A DNA stretch of 61,016 nucleotides, filler included, from Sphacelaria rigidula (taxonomy: Eukaryota), in assembly GCA_964200075.2 (NCBI GenBank). It is 8 parts of 8 records of this genome, joined end to end, with 100 filler letters (N's around TTAATTAATTAA, not from the genome) between each part and the next. Parts side by side here need not be neighbours in the genome. Positions count along the whole stretch, not along the records: positions 7,642 to 15,181 come from CAXNAA020014432.1; positions 15,282 to 22,821 come from CAXNAA020014433.1; positions 22,922 to 30,460 come from CAXNAA020014434.1; 5 more parts are not named here. The stretch is one strand, 5' to 3'. The notes below the pieces were generated by a model. That model searched no databases. It had not been told where the DNA came from and worked only from the letters and a program-made list of their open reading frames with translations. Position numbers and translations under genes: made by a program. Shown piece after piece: positions 11,830 to 23,174 of this stretch. The number at the start of each line of letters is the position of its first letter. Within the stretch, counting starts at the first letter, position 1.

Positions 11830-14120
11830 ATCTAGTATGCGCGGTACTTTTTACACCCAGAAGATTGCCGACGTCGGAGTATATGACGTCGTCGGGCAAG
11901 TGTAGATTTCATTAGAAAACAATCGCTCCCACCCCCTGAAAGAACACATGAGCAACAGCAATATGACCGAGAAAGTATACTTCAGTGGTACCTGGACAGA
12001 AGACCTCTCGCGCACAACTTCGTTGTACTGAATATAGACCTCTTGGGGGGGCGGGACGCCGACGCCAGCAGTCACTACCGAGCTGCAATCACAGGTGCAC
12101 GCTCAAGAACAGGCTCTGCACCATGAGTGTGGTCCCACAAAATGTTCCTTGTGCGTTAAGGTTCGTCGCTGCGCACCGCTCGATCCGCAGTGTTCTAGGC
12201 GACTGACATCTCATGCACGTGTCAAATAGCTGCGTGCAAAATCAGGATGACTACAAATATACTGTATTCATGTCATCCCTGTACTCACAGATCCCAAAGA
12301 GCAGCTCTGCGAGCACTCGTGCTGGTCATCCACGGGGAAGGGTGCACGTCGACAGCATGCGAATCCACAGGCAGTCCTGTCCTGAGATTGCGATTCCGTA
12401 GTAGTTTACGGCGCTGAGAGGCCATAGACGCAGGCATGTTTGTAATAGAAGCAGTGAACGGCAACAGATGATGGCACAGTCTCTCCTTTCGATAGCCAGG
12501 AATGTCTACGGATGATAACGTCGCGCAATGATATAGTTCAATAGCGTTCGTCGTCCCAGCTGTCGAGTGCGTGTCCAACGCTGAGTTCCGTGTGTGTGTA
12601 ACAGACGTGCCCTTCGGAGATCAACGGAGAGCACTAGGGGAAGGTTGACATAATGAAAAGTGACGGTACTGTACAGTGGTCTGTAGCGTGGGACCCCACG
12701 TTGTGATCCGGCAGGTGAAAACCCTCCGGGGCGGTAGCTTTGAGATTTTGGGACACTCGGCGAAAGTATAGTTTCTTCTGCTGCCTCTTCAAACGGAAGT
12801 CTTCGAATCTACAGGTAAGAAGCACATGAAAGATCCAGTGACTTCACTAATTTCACCGCACAATTTTTTGAAATTTGAATGTAGGTCCCATTGTAACAAA
12901 TTCATGACGTCACAATGACGCCATCTTGAATACGAGACAGGCACCGTGACCGTTCCCAGATGACGAACAGCTTCTTGAGTGTAGAGATGCGGACAGATGT
13001 ACAGACAGTATCTCCTGTCGAACGTTCGGATGTATCTCCGAGATCATATGTTCGGCCAGGAATGTCCACCTCTGTGCCTCTGGTCCAAGGACAGATTGCC
13101 TACACGTGGGGAGTGATTTGTGCGTTCATTTGATCAAGGGCTTCTCTCCCATTATGTGAACGGCCCACTCACAGAGAATGCAGTATGTCCCCTTTGGGCG
13201 CTATTATATTCATGGTTGATTCGAAGCTTCAGTGGGGCTGAGAGCTACTGTAAGAATCTCAAGTGCTTCCTACCTTGCGGAGCACGCGTTTCTGTCGAAA
13301 TCGGCGCCGACTTTAGGTCTGCCAACAACGCACACTTTGCCAAGCACAGTCTTGCATCCCCCTTGCCTGAGGGTTCCCAGTATATCTTGGGCTCGGGTTA
13401 AATCAGGGTAGAGCATCATCTCAAAAATGCGTCAACCACGAATAGCATAGAATGGCACCGAAGTCTACTCAAGCCCCAATAACAGTCTCGTTTGAACGGA
13501 GTAATCCTACATGATGGTTTCACGTTGGTCATGCACTCAAAGCACGATACTTTTGAGGCAAACACGCTACAGAGATACGCGCATACATTAGCAGCGTCGT
13601 AGGGGGAGAAGCAAAAGAACCATCCAAGACTTCCAACACAACGCTCAACCCTTTGACCGCGAGGTGTTCGCGACGACGTGCACTGTATGCGCGGGTGGGT
13701 GCCGACTACAAAAGAGTGCAGGCGACGGAGAGGAGGCGGCAAGATGAAATGGTGTAGATGAAATTGGAAATCTGTTTGGCACTTCTTCTTCACTTCGCGG
13801 AAATCAGCGTATTTTGCGGAGATTGTCCTAAAGAAAGGCAATTAGTCATGGTTACGAGAATTTGACGTGGGCTAGACAATTTGGATCTTTGAGGCGTTTG
13901 CAGGGTTGGCAGTTCGCAGCCCGCCTGTCTACAGCACCAGCTTTTTTCTCGAGTTTGGAGTCGTCATCGGGAAGCTGGTCGGTCACGCTCGCCAGCATAT
14001 GCAAACTGCACGAATTTTTGTCCTCTAGCCGGCGCCAATAAAGACGACTTGAACGCTTCTGACAGCACACCCTTCGCCTCGGGCGCTTTATGTAGCCCTC
14101 TTCCTCGGTGGTTCTCACTG
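11830..14120 (-). pseudogene. Probable degenerate Mutator-like (MULE) transposase with C-terminal SWIM-like remnant
   Basis: Motif-like peptides in canonical order on the minus strand: DCYWGLSRLR..MLFVVDAF (about 13490-13425; first-Asp region), PKGTYCILCEWAV (about 13197-13160; resembles LCxWHV), TTNAIELYH (about 12554-12528; resembles TNNxxESxH), YTCP...CKK (about 11905-11845; SWIM-like). Many stops and frameshifts. Confidence 0.45.
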
Positions 14121-15119
14121 TGCGTGAGAGGGATTTTTTTCTCCTCTGGAGCGATGGACAGGTTTGGCCGTGCCATATCCGAGATCAACCATGTATGTTT
14201 TCGATGACGGGCGCAGCTTGACAGAACTAGCGTAGACCACAAGCCAACGGCATGAACACCAGGTGCCTAGTAAATGCACAAGAGAGCACCGACTAGTCAA
14301 CGAGTCAATATCCGTTATCCTATCATCGGTCGTCGCTCTTGCTTTAATGATTCGGGAACCCTTTCGTCAGCTTCGATTGCGACGCAAATATTGTGTCGAC
14401 TGTTTGCCAACCAACGCGTCTAGTTGGCACATGGATTGTTGTACTAGAGCCCTTGATGATATGATGTATATTTATGTCTTGAATGGGCATCAATTTGACT
14501 TGAAGGATGACTCAATACCCCAGCTATTATGGCTGCTTGCGTAGAAAAGATCCGAAACCAAGTCCTCATGGACGAACGGTCAACCGTTCGACCACCAGTG
14601 GATATCTCTGGCTGTCGCTCTTCAAGCGAAAATGATGTCGATTCAATTTGTGACTCCCCTCATACAGATCGATACGTATGGACTCACCGATTATTTCTAC
14701 TTCACTACTACTCCATCATAGAATATAACAAAACAGTGACAGCCGTCGGTGCGATATCCTAGGGAAACCGAAATCCGTATTGAAATCTATTTGGGCGAAG
14801 ACACGCATCCTTGAGAGTTTTCAAAGTCTCTCATCTCGAAGCTACGATCTGTTTGCCGAATGATACCGTAAAAAAGTAACCGCAGGTGTACATCTATATG
14901 TATACATATGTGTATAGGTCTAAGGTTTATTATTGATAATTGTTTGGGGATGGGATGGTTGGATGGTTGGTTGGATGGATGGATGGTTGTATTTTATTTT
15001 TTGGACAAAGGAAAGACAATATATATATATATATATATATATGCGAATATTAATATCACAACCCAATAAAATACGCGAAAGTAAGAGCCCCTTCACTGTC
15101 GTGAGAAAACGACATATAA

Positions 15120-15181
15120 CAGTGTTTTCGTGAGATTGAGAGTAGATACGATTGAGAGTGAAAAGCGGTCAATCAGTGAAT
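15120..15181 (+). repeat. End of a dispersed MITE-like family (CAGTGTTTTCGTGAGATTGAGAGTAG...)
   Basis: Related copies at about 29720-29780 and 37639-37702, and inverted at about 37866-37907. The contig breaks inside this copy. Confidence 0.6.
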
Positions 15182-15281
15182 NNNNNNNNNNNNNNNNNNN
15201 NNNNNNNNNNNNNNNNNNNNNNNNNTTAATTAATTAANNNNNNNNNNNNNNNNNNNNNNNNNNNNNNNNNNNNNNNNNNNN
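15182..15281. other. Artificial contig spacer
   Basis: N44-TTAATTAATTAA-N44. Confidence 0.98.
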
Positions 15282-15338
15282 ACTCATCATACTAAAACCA
15301 AGTAATTTCCAAACAAATAATTATTTGTCCGGCCCTTG
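15282..15338 (+). mobile_element. Right end of a second copy of the MITE at 17580-17837
   Basis: ACTAAAACCAAGTAATTTCCAAACAAATAATTATTTGTCCGGCCCTTG vs ACTAAAATCAAGTAATTTCCAGACGAATAATTAATTCGTCCGACCCTTG. Confidence 0.8.
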
Positions 15339-15525
15339 AAATGTAGGAAAAAATGGAAAACTGACAAACAAAACTGCGAGACAAAAAAACGCGTTCTCGC
15401 AGTTGTGAAACTATCGGGCTAACCCGGAACCACCGTACTTAATATTGGCCCGCTCTTGCGGTTGGCCACTCTTGACCCCCTTGGGCAGCCCGATCTATTC
15501 CCTCTCCCCTCTTTTTCTTCTCTTC

Positions 15526-16650
15526 AGTGTTTATTTTCCCCGTGCTTGTACTTTTCTCCAGAACGAGTGCCTGCGATACGAATTTCGCTCCTTCACCCCC
15601 CACTCGTACGTACGTCATGAAGGCCAGCGATTTCCACCTCCCCGTCCTCTGGATCTGCAGTTGCGACGCCCCCTCCGCTGCTAGATAGGTCGCCCCTCCG
15701 ATCCTACCGGAGTGCAGCGCGTATTGCGTCGGGTCCCTCCCTGTATACTGGAAATTATTTGCCTAAGCGCCCTCGTCCCACGTGCACGTGTGACTACTGC
15801 CAATCCGGTCTTACCTACGGTCTGCATCAGCGGGGCTTCTGCCCCCAACTCTGAGTGGTAGTCAAGCAGCTCAAGTAGAAGCTCTAGTGCCCCTGTTTCT
15901 TCAGATCTGTCAGCGCCCCGTACACTTCCTCATACTCTCGTTCGAGTTACCACCGCCCCTAGGCGTTTTTGGTCCGCCTTAGAGGCTCTAAAACGCACCT
16001 CGACTCTATCAGCCAAGCCCCTGTCTGACCACTTGAGTTGGGAGTTTCCTCTGAAGAAGGTGAGATCTCCCCTCCTGAGGCAATAATCTGGATCTACCGA
16101 ACCATCGTTGTATGCCCAGATTTCGGAGGCCCTACACAGAAGAAAATACGATAGGGCTTGGCCTATCCACGTCACTTGGCTCTGTGTCGTTTTCGTCTCT
16201 AGCATCCTCCCTTCTACCAACAGGGATGGCGTCAGCGGTTTTCGCACGCGGGGCCTTGCTTCCGATTTTCCGTGTTTTCGGTCAACTGCCTTGAGCACGG
16301 CTGCTATCATACAGTGTTTCATAGGTAACTCCCAACCGGCATGCACCTTGTGCTAATAGCTTGTCACTGACAAATACCCCCGTACTGTCCCCCTCTGGTT
16401 CTTGTGGGTAAAAAGCCGCCACGCAATAAATTAAGTCGTATCAATTACCGCGCTAGCCTCGCCGTCGGTTCTTGACATAAATACTATCTTTTCTCGGCGT
16501 GCCCTCCGCTCAAACCACGTCTCGAACTTTTTCTCGTATCCGCTTCTTGTGCTGGCGCTAATTGACGCGTGGTCTAATAGTTCTACTAGCTTCGCAACGC
16601 CCTTCTCGTCTATAGCGTGACTTTCTTTTTGTTCTGCAATGATATCACGA
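15526..16650 (-). pseudogene. Tyrosine recombinase of the YR retrotransposon
   Basis: N-terminal SISASTRSGYEKKFETW...FIAW...TVRG; catalytic-domain motifs LSYFLLCRASE (Arg), FRASKADQKRLG (Lys), YALHSGRIGGAT (HxxR) and GRWKSLAFMTYVR (Trp/Tyr, about 15640-15605). Stops and frameshifts present. Confidence 0.92.
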
Positions 16651-16663
16651 GTTCAGCGCGGGT

Positions 16664-19033
16664 TCAGTGTTCTTGTCTGGACGTTATGTTCCAGATGTGG
16701 TCGTCTAGGCTGTGATCCAAGGGTTCCTCTTGCAGAATTATTTCGAGTATCTCTCTGCCTCGATTTCCTAGATCTTGCTGCTTCCAATTGAGGTTCCCTG
16801 GTAACCGTGCGACCCTCTCGGCAACCTGCGACTCCGGCCATCTCGAGATGCCGTCTGCTAGTTCTTTTTCGACGGCGGGTATGTGTTTTGCTATGGTACA
16901 CCACCCGGTTGCAACTTCCGAGCGAGTCATCATTCTCGTCAGGAAGGCGGCGCGTCTGTTTTTCAACCCCCCGCGTTTATTTTCCCAGTATACGGCCGAC
17001 AAGTTGTCGCAGCGCACCAGGATGGGTTCCACTCTCTCTGCAGGTCTCTCGCCCTTAAACATCTGGATAGCGCAGGCGGTCATGAACATTCCACACAGTT
17101 CTAGTCGATCGATCGTGATCACGCACGTCTCTCTAATTTTTGCTCTCCTCTTCAGTTTGCATGTGAGGAGGTCATGTTGGAGAGTTTGCCGCCAGAATAA
17201 TCCTAGTTCTGGGCAGTATCCTCTTACCGCTGCCAGGCTTGCGTCGGAGATGTATCTACGAGATGCGGTGCGTTTGGTATGGGCAAATAACGGGGCGCCA
17301 AGCGATTCGCCGCGATGTACCAGGTTCTCTGCGATAGCCCATTTGCAAAAAGCGATATCCTCGTGAAACTCCCATCCGAGGTTCACTGTCCGTCTCACTC
17401 TACGTTCCTTTTTTGCAGGAATATGTAGGTCGGTGAGGCGCAGCAGCTGGCATATGACATATTTTCCCGGCCTTACAACAAACGTGAGGTTCCGGAGTTT
17501 TCGAGCTATGCTAAGTACGTCTTGCACGGCTGCGCGTGTCTTGTCCGTGGGCCAGTCGCGCTCCAGCAGTTAGGTTTTTCACGGTTCGGACGAATCATCG
17601 CCGGTTCGAATCACCAAGTCCGCGATTTTTCAGGACTGATTGCTCAACAAAGAGAAAAAAGTTGACCGCTGGTCAAAAATATCTCCACGCAATGTTTGCG
17701 CCATTCCACGTGCCTGGGGTGTGCGTACCTGAGTTGCAACGTTGAAAACAAAGCCTAAAGATTGATTCGTACCGTACGAATCAATCACACTAAAATCAAG
17801 TAATTTCCAGACGAATAATTAATTCGTCCGACCCTTGAGTTCTGTGACAGCTTCAACTTTTTCACGAGTGACCGCTATCCTCATGGTATGTGAGTTGATC
17901 GTGAACCTCAACGCGTCTACGCTGGTGTCCCAGTTTGTACTTTATTGGGGTGCGAAGATGGATATCTCGCCTGGCTCTCCAGTACCGAACAGTCTGATGT
18001 GATTTGAGGCTGATGAAGCTGAGGCGACTGGCGCCGATTCATCTTGCGCGCCATGTTGTACCTTTGCCAGAATGTAATCATCCGCGTATACGCTAACGAA
18101 AAAGGGGTCGTGCAACCTCCCCCCTTTTGCTGGGGGAATGAAAGCGTCGGGCGGAACCGGTATAGGTGTCCCTTCTTCCCAGGGCTCGACTATAGTCACG
18201 TGTTTCATTATCTCTTCACCTTCTTCGAGTACTACAGAGTCGAGCATTGTGGTATTGCAGTGTGCGTGCTCAGAGGCCTGTGATGAGAGTCCCCAGTAGC
18301 CGGGGGATCCCGTCCATCCCTCCATCCGAACGTGAGTCGAAAGTCTGCTACCATAACGTCGTCTACCACGTAGTAGCAGTTTCGCGCCTGGTCAGGCGCG
18401 ATCCTAACATTTTTGAATGCATTCGAGACGTCCGTCTCTGCCAGTAGGATTCCGCTATCCGGAAGCTTGACGCGTAACTTCAAGAGTTCATTCAATAATT
18501 TCGGGAGTGCTTCTCCGCACAAGTATTGCGGCACCTCACCCACAATCGTGTCCCGGTTGAGACCCCCGTTCTCTCCCTTCGGTACGCTGGGCGTCAAACG
18601 AAAAATCGTTGATAATCCTGATTTTTCTATTTACTACTGCTACAAGTAGGGCCACTCTGAGGCCGCTGATTTCGAGCGCCGCCCTTTTTCGAACACAAGG
18701 CATGTGTTCCTTCTCACATCCTCTACCAACTTCCCCCAGACTTGAGGTATATGTTCATCGATACAACGGGGATTGCCGTATTTTAGCGCTCCTCGTAGAT
18801 CAGAGTCGCGGGACGATGTGTTCATCGGGACTCCGTACTCTATCATGTGCAGGAGTTCTCGTATCCGAGCGAAACGTTTTTTGGTTCCCGAAATACTCGT
18901 GGATGTCTCTCAGGTTCGACGGCGGTGACACCAAAGTGTCGCCGAGCCCCTTTGCTACGTCCCCGATTCTTCCGTGGTTTAGTCGGACGAGACTCGTGCA
19001 GGCGGCTGCTAGGTCTGTGATGATGCGTTTCAT
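16664..19033 (-). pseudogene. Reverse transcriptase-RNase H of the YR retrotransposon
   Basis: RT motifs AETDVSNAFKNVRI, DFRLTFGW.GSPGYWG, VSVYADDYIL; RNase H motifs YISDASLAAVRG, IDRLELCG, LVRCDNLSAV, KHIPAVEKELADGISR. Frameshifted and interrupted by a MITE. Confidence 0.92.
17580..17837. mobile_element. MITE inserted in the RT gene
   Basis: TIRs CACGGTTCGGACGAAT / ATTCGTCCGACCCTTG. Deleting 17572-17841 (AGTT occurs at both junctions) restores the frame EKVEAVTE-LLERDWPTDK. Confidence 0.85.
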
Positions 19034-20437
19034 TTATATTATATCTATGTGTGTATTCGATACTTCTTGCTGTTGCTGTTTCCACGGGGTATTGAGGTTT
19101 CTGCTTGGCTGGTCTGTGGGTACAGTTGGACTTGGGTGGCGTGTCCTCTCATCTGGAGGTGATTTTCTCCGAAGAAATCGGCCCAGACTTTTGCGCAGAT
19201 GGGCACCTTCCTTCCTCTTGATCAGATAATGAATGCGATATGCGGATCACGGTCCAACTCGTCTGTGTCGACGAGATATTGCTTTGAGAGCTTGAATCCG
19301 TGTCTAGGCCGGCCCAGCTCGTCAAAGATACTATTCCTCCTAGAAGTGGGGCAACCATAGATGGATTTTTTTATGACATACTCGTTCTCGCGTATAGTCA
19401 CTGTACTACGCTATATATGCTCCGTAACACTACACTGTACTTTCTCATTTGTCGGTGACAGGAGGGCGGGAACAGTTAGTCCCTTGTAGATTTTGCACGT
19501 GCGTCAGATACTCCCGAGGTCCCGAGGTTTCGGGAAGTAACGTCCACAGTGACATGATATTCCAACGTCGGTTCTCTCGAAATCTGAGCTGGCTGGTCGA
19601 TCAGGAGCTGTGTAATTGGAAACATCATGATAGAGATTGGCTGTATTCTGCAAGAATACGAGGGTTCTGTTGGCGAATGACGAATTATAAGGAATGTATC
19701 CTGGCGTATGCCGAACTAGAAATACAATGTAAGGGTTCGGGTAGCTAAGGCGCCACTGTCGCAGAGTGTTGTCCAAGCGAGCGAGACTGGTCTGGTGCAA
19801 GAGCACCAAAGAAGCAGACAGTATCACTCGAGACCAGACGACCCAGGCAGCGACACGCACGCAGTCCCAGCAGTACAGTAGTCTTCGGCACTTGATCGAT
19901 TTTACGATGGCCGACACACCAGCATCGGGAACAGCAGCAGCAGCAGCTCTATAAGGCCAAGACCATTTCTCATGACTGTGATCTTGACTACACTAAAACG
20001 TCCTTGACGAATGAAAAAAGTCCACACGTCGGACAGCTCATGAGCTAGCTGCCTAAAAGAACTAATCGAAGATATTGCTAACATCCATCACACAAAAACA
20101 CGAAACACGTGACAGCAGTGTCCCAGAAGCCAAGGCGTTACCTTCCCGCTACACGGCGTGGTCGGCGTCCATTGCTATCGGGAGCTAATGCGAAAGTAGT
20201 GGCCAAATAAGCTAGCTCATGATCCGGATCAGTACTCTAATAAGAAGTAATATCCAGGTAGCTCATGGGCTTTCCGACTTGTGAAAAAGTAGAAAAAAAT
20301 CAACATTTCTCACTTTTTTTGGTTCATTATGACCAAGCGAGGTCCTACACAAAATTTCAACACACAAGCACCAAGCCTGGGCCGGTAAGTGGCCTGCAAG
20401 ATACCGTTCCGAATTTCTCCCGGCCCGGTTTTTGAAA

Positions 20438-20703
20438 GGCCCATTCGCAACTCAATACTTGAAGTTGGACCCTAATTTTGGTATGGACAATCAATAGGGC
20501 ATAATGAAGAGAAATATACATGGGCTCATTTAAAAAAAACAAAAATTCAAGGCAATAATCAGTTTTCAGGTTTCAGTAAAATGTCGTTGAATCATGGAAA
20601 GAAAAAAACTTTGGGTTCATGCATATTTCTTTTTACTATGCCCTATTGATTGTCCATACCAATTTTTAGGGTCCAACTCTATGTATTAAATTGCGAATGG
20701 GCC
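20438..20703. mobile_element. MITE with about 90-bp terminal inverted repeats
   Basis: GGCCCATTCGCAA...GTTGGACCCTAA..TTGGTATGGACAATCAATAGGGCATA is mirrored at the right end; no clear TSD. Confidence 0.85.
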
Positions 20704-20819
20704 CGCAGACTCCAGATCCGCTCCTAGGCCGGCCCAGCTCGTATACCTTTTTTTGTGAATCCACGGGGCGGGGGACGGCCATTTTTTTTTTCATAATGAT
20801 TGCTTTTCAATGGTGTCTA

Positions 20820-21790
20820 GGATAGAGTAGGGTACAAAGCCGGGGATTTTGACTAGCCGATATGCCGATGCCCTTGGGACTGTGGAACACTGAGTATACT
20901 TGGCTGTCGATACCCTGGGCACTCTGAAATACTGTTTTTTTTCGACCGTCCCAGGGTAGCTTGGAAAACTGAGTGTTTTGGCAGTCGATACCCTGGGTAT
21001 ACCCGGAGTTCTCAGGACATGTAGTTAGTACCCGGGGTATCGAATCAGGTAGTTCGTAGGGCGGGTACTGAAGGCACACCGGGATACCCATTCCTTCCGG
21101 CAATGCATGTATCTTATAATACTTCGTATTTTTGGCTGTCGACACCCTGGGTGCCCTATATTACTGGGTATTTCCAGCAGCGACACCCGGGGTGCCCTGA
21201 ACATATATTCGTAGAGTATTCCCAGCCGCCAGTAGCCTGCATACTCTGGAGTACTCAGTATTTTCGTGAGACAGTACCAAAGAAGCCGGCCGCCCCGGTG
21301 GCTCAGTTGGTAACTTCGAAACCTTTTGACAGTTTGGGTCGCGGGTTCGAATGTCGGAGCGATCTGGGATTTTTTCTTACACAAAGCCCAACAGTGGAGA
21401 GCGACCTTGTCGTCGGTACACAAAGTTCGACGTAATAATCGACGAGGGAAAGAGACTACTGAACAGCTCTCGCGATAAAAAATAGAGTCAAGCACCGCAA
21501 GAGGAAGCTGGAGAACCAAAACCAATAAAAAGAAAAAAAAACTCCTGTGTTGGCCTTCCTTCTGTGTGACCCCGACTGGAAGGTGTATAGACCGGCATCC
21601 AGAATAGATGGAACGACAGCATCAACAACAACAAGTACACTGGGACCCGCAATATTCAGTATATGTACTGGATATTCGGGATAACATCCCGGGTATTTCC
21701 ATGGGTGGGTACCCGAGGTACCCGGAGGTGTTCAGTACTTTCGGCAGTCGATACCCTACACACCCTGGAGTATTGTACTGTACTACGTGG
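20820..21790. repeat. TACCC/GTCGATACCCTGGG-motif repeat element, interrupted by a SINE
   Basis: Recurrent GGCWGTCGAYACCCTGGG and GGGTAY motifs on both sides of the SINE at 21285-21634. Confidence 0.6.
21285..21634 (+). mobile_element. tRNA-derived SINE family A, full length
   Basis: Head GCCCCGGTGGCTCAGTTGG (Pol III A box) ... GGTTCGAAT (B box), conserved body, (CAA)n tail; copies occur in four separate contigs. Confidence 0.88.
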
Positions 21791-22221
21791 GTTCATGACT
21801 ATGAAAGAGGGGCGGAAGGGTGGGGTGGTTTGGTGCGTGAAACCCTGCTTGCGCGCTTGATGGCAAATAGCGATGCCGCTTCTCCTCATACTGCTTGTCC
21901 CGCATACTTTGGAGTAAGACATAGCAACGTCCTCACAACTAAGTTCAACGACACATGTATTCATACCCGGCGCGACGGTGAACCGCGAGAAAACGTGCCA
22001 GAATTCATTTTTGCTACAATCCTCGACAAAGTCCTGAAAGTTGGAGAGCCAAATATTCGAAATTCAGAACACGATCGTACGACTTCCTTCTGTTCTTTTT
22101 GTCAAATATTTAATATTCAAAATGCAACCGGACAACTTGCTTTTGTGCAGGCAGTAAGATTCAGTCAGGACACCAGATTGGACCCTAGCTTTTCAGAACA
22201 GATTTTTGTCGAATATTGGGT

Positions 22222-22558
22222 ATTATTTATTTATTTATTTATTTTTGGCACTTTGAGCCTCTCCCCTTCCTCGGGAGGAGTTCGTGGTCTCAAGGGGCTA
22301 ACCCGTCTTTCCCCGGTACACGCCTTGCATTTTCGTCTCGTGGATTGGATCATGACCAACACTCCCGCACCGCGTCAACTCTCGTCAAACAAACTCAGTC
22401 GATTACTTTTCGTTTACTAACGTATTCACGCTTTCGACGACGGAAATCAGGTAGTGTACTTCGAAAAAAACACCAAACGCATCGGGAATCGAACCCGCGT
22501 TCTTTCCACTTTCCACCCTCACGGTGACAGCCGAACCATTAGACCAACGGGTCGTGGC
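22222..22558 (-). mobile_element. tRNA-derived SINE family B
   Basis: A box TGGTCTAATGG (22546-22536), B box GGTTCGATTCC (22495-22485), non-tRNA body and a (TAAA)n tail at about 22245-22222. Single copy in this window. Confidence 0.7.
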
Positions 22559-22821
22559 CTACCTATTGATTGGTTTCGTGGATCGATTGTCGCACTTTAA
22601 CTAATCCCTCAAGGATCTAGCCGTGGTCACATGGTAGACATAATCCTAGAAAAGAAAAAAAACTAGAACACTCGCTGAAGAAAATGAAGAAAACAAAAAA
22701 CAGAAAAAAGGTACAGGCTGGTTCACCGTGATCACCCAAAATTGTGTCATCAGCAAATGCCTTCCGCAATACGCACCCAATAGCCGCATATATGGTTTTT
22801 TACTGACCGCAATGAACAGAC

Positions 22822-22921
22822 NNNNNNNNNNNNNNNNNNNNNNNNNNNNNNNNNNNNNNNNNNNNTTAATTAATTAANNNNNNNNNNNNNNNNNNNNNNN
22901 NNNNNNNNNNNNNNNNNNNNN
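22822..22921. other. Artificial contig spacer
   Basis: N44-TTAATTAATTAA-N44. Confidence 0.98.
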
Positions 22922-23174
22922 TTTTATAAGTCGTGTTTTGGATGAGATCAGGGGCTCCTAACAATTCTACTCTCAGAAATTATTTCTGCACCCCTACCGT
23001 AGCATCACTCAACAGTTGTTCGAACGCGCTTGCTCCGGACAAATAACGCTCATTTATACCGATTCTTACCGTTTTCACCAAACTACAAGCGCACTGCGAG
23101 TGTTTCAGGTCGTTTGACGCATCTACGAGCACACTGTTTCGTAGAATCGAAGCCCCCCCCATCGTAGCATGGCT

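Larger units (their letters stand above)
15345..19250 (-). mobile_element. Tyrosine-recombinase retrotransposon (DIRS order, Ngaro-like), decayed, gag region not seen
   Basis: RT, DIRS-type RNase H and tyrosine recombinase in this order on the minus strand, with no methyltransferase domain between RH and YR. Outer boundaries are approximate. Confidence 0.9.

Noticed and set aside
21292..21360. tRNA gene (also 41745-41818, 52871-52940, 22480-22558)
   Set aside because: A and B boxes are present but the cloverleaf is imperfect, and each continues into a longer body and tail, which indicates SINE heads.
21608..22420. 270-aa ORF
   Set aside because: Runs through a SINE tail, a motif repeat and an antisense SINE; a chance open frame.
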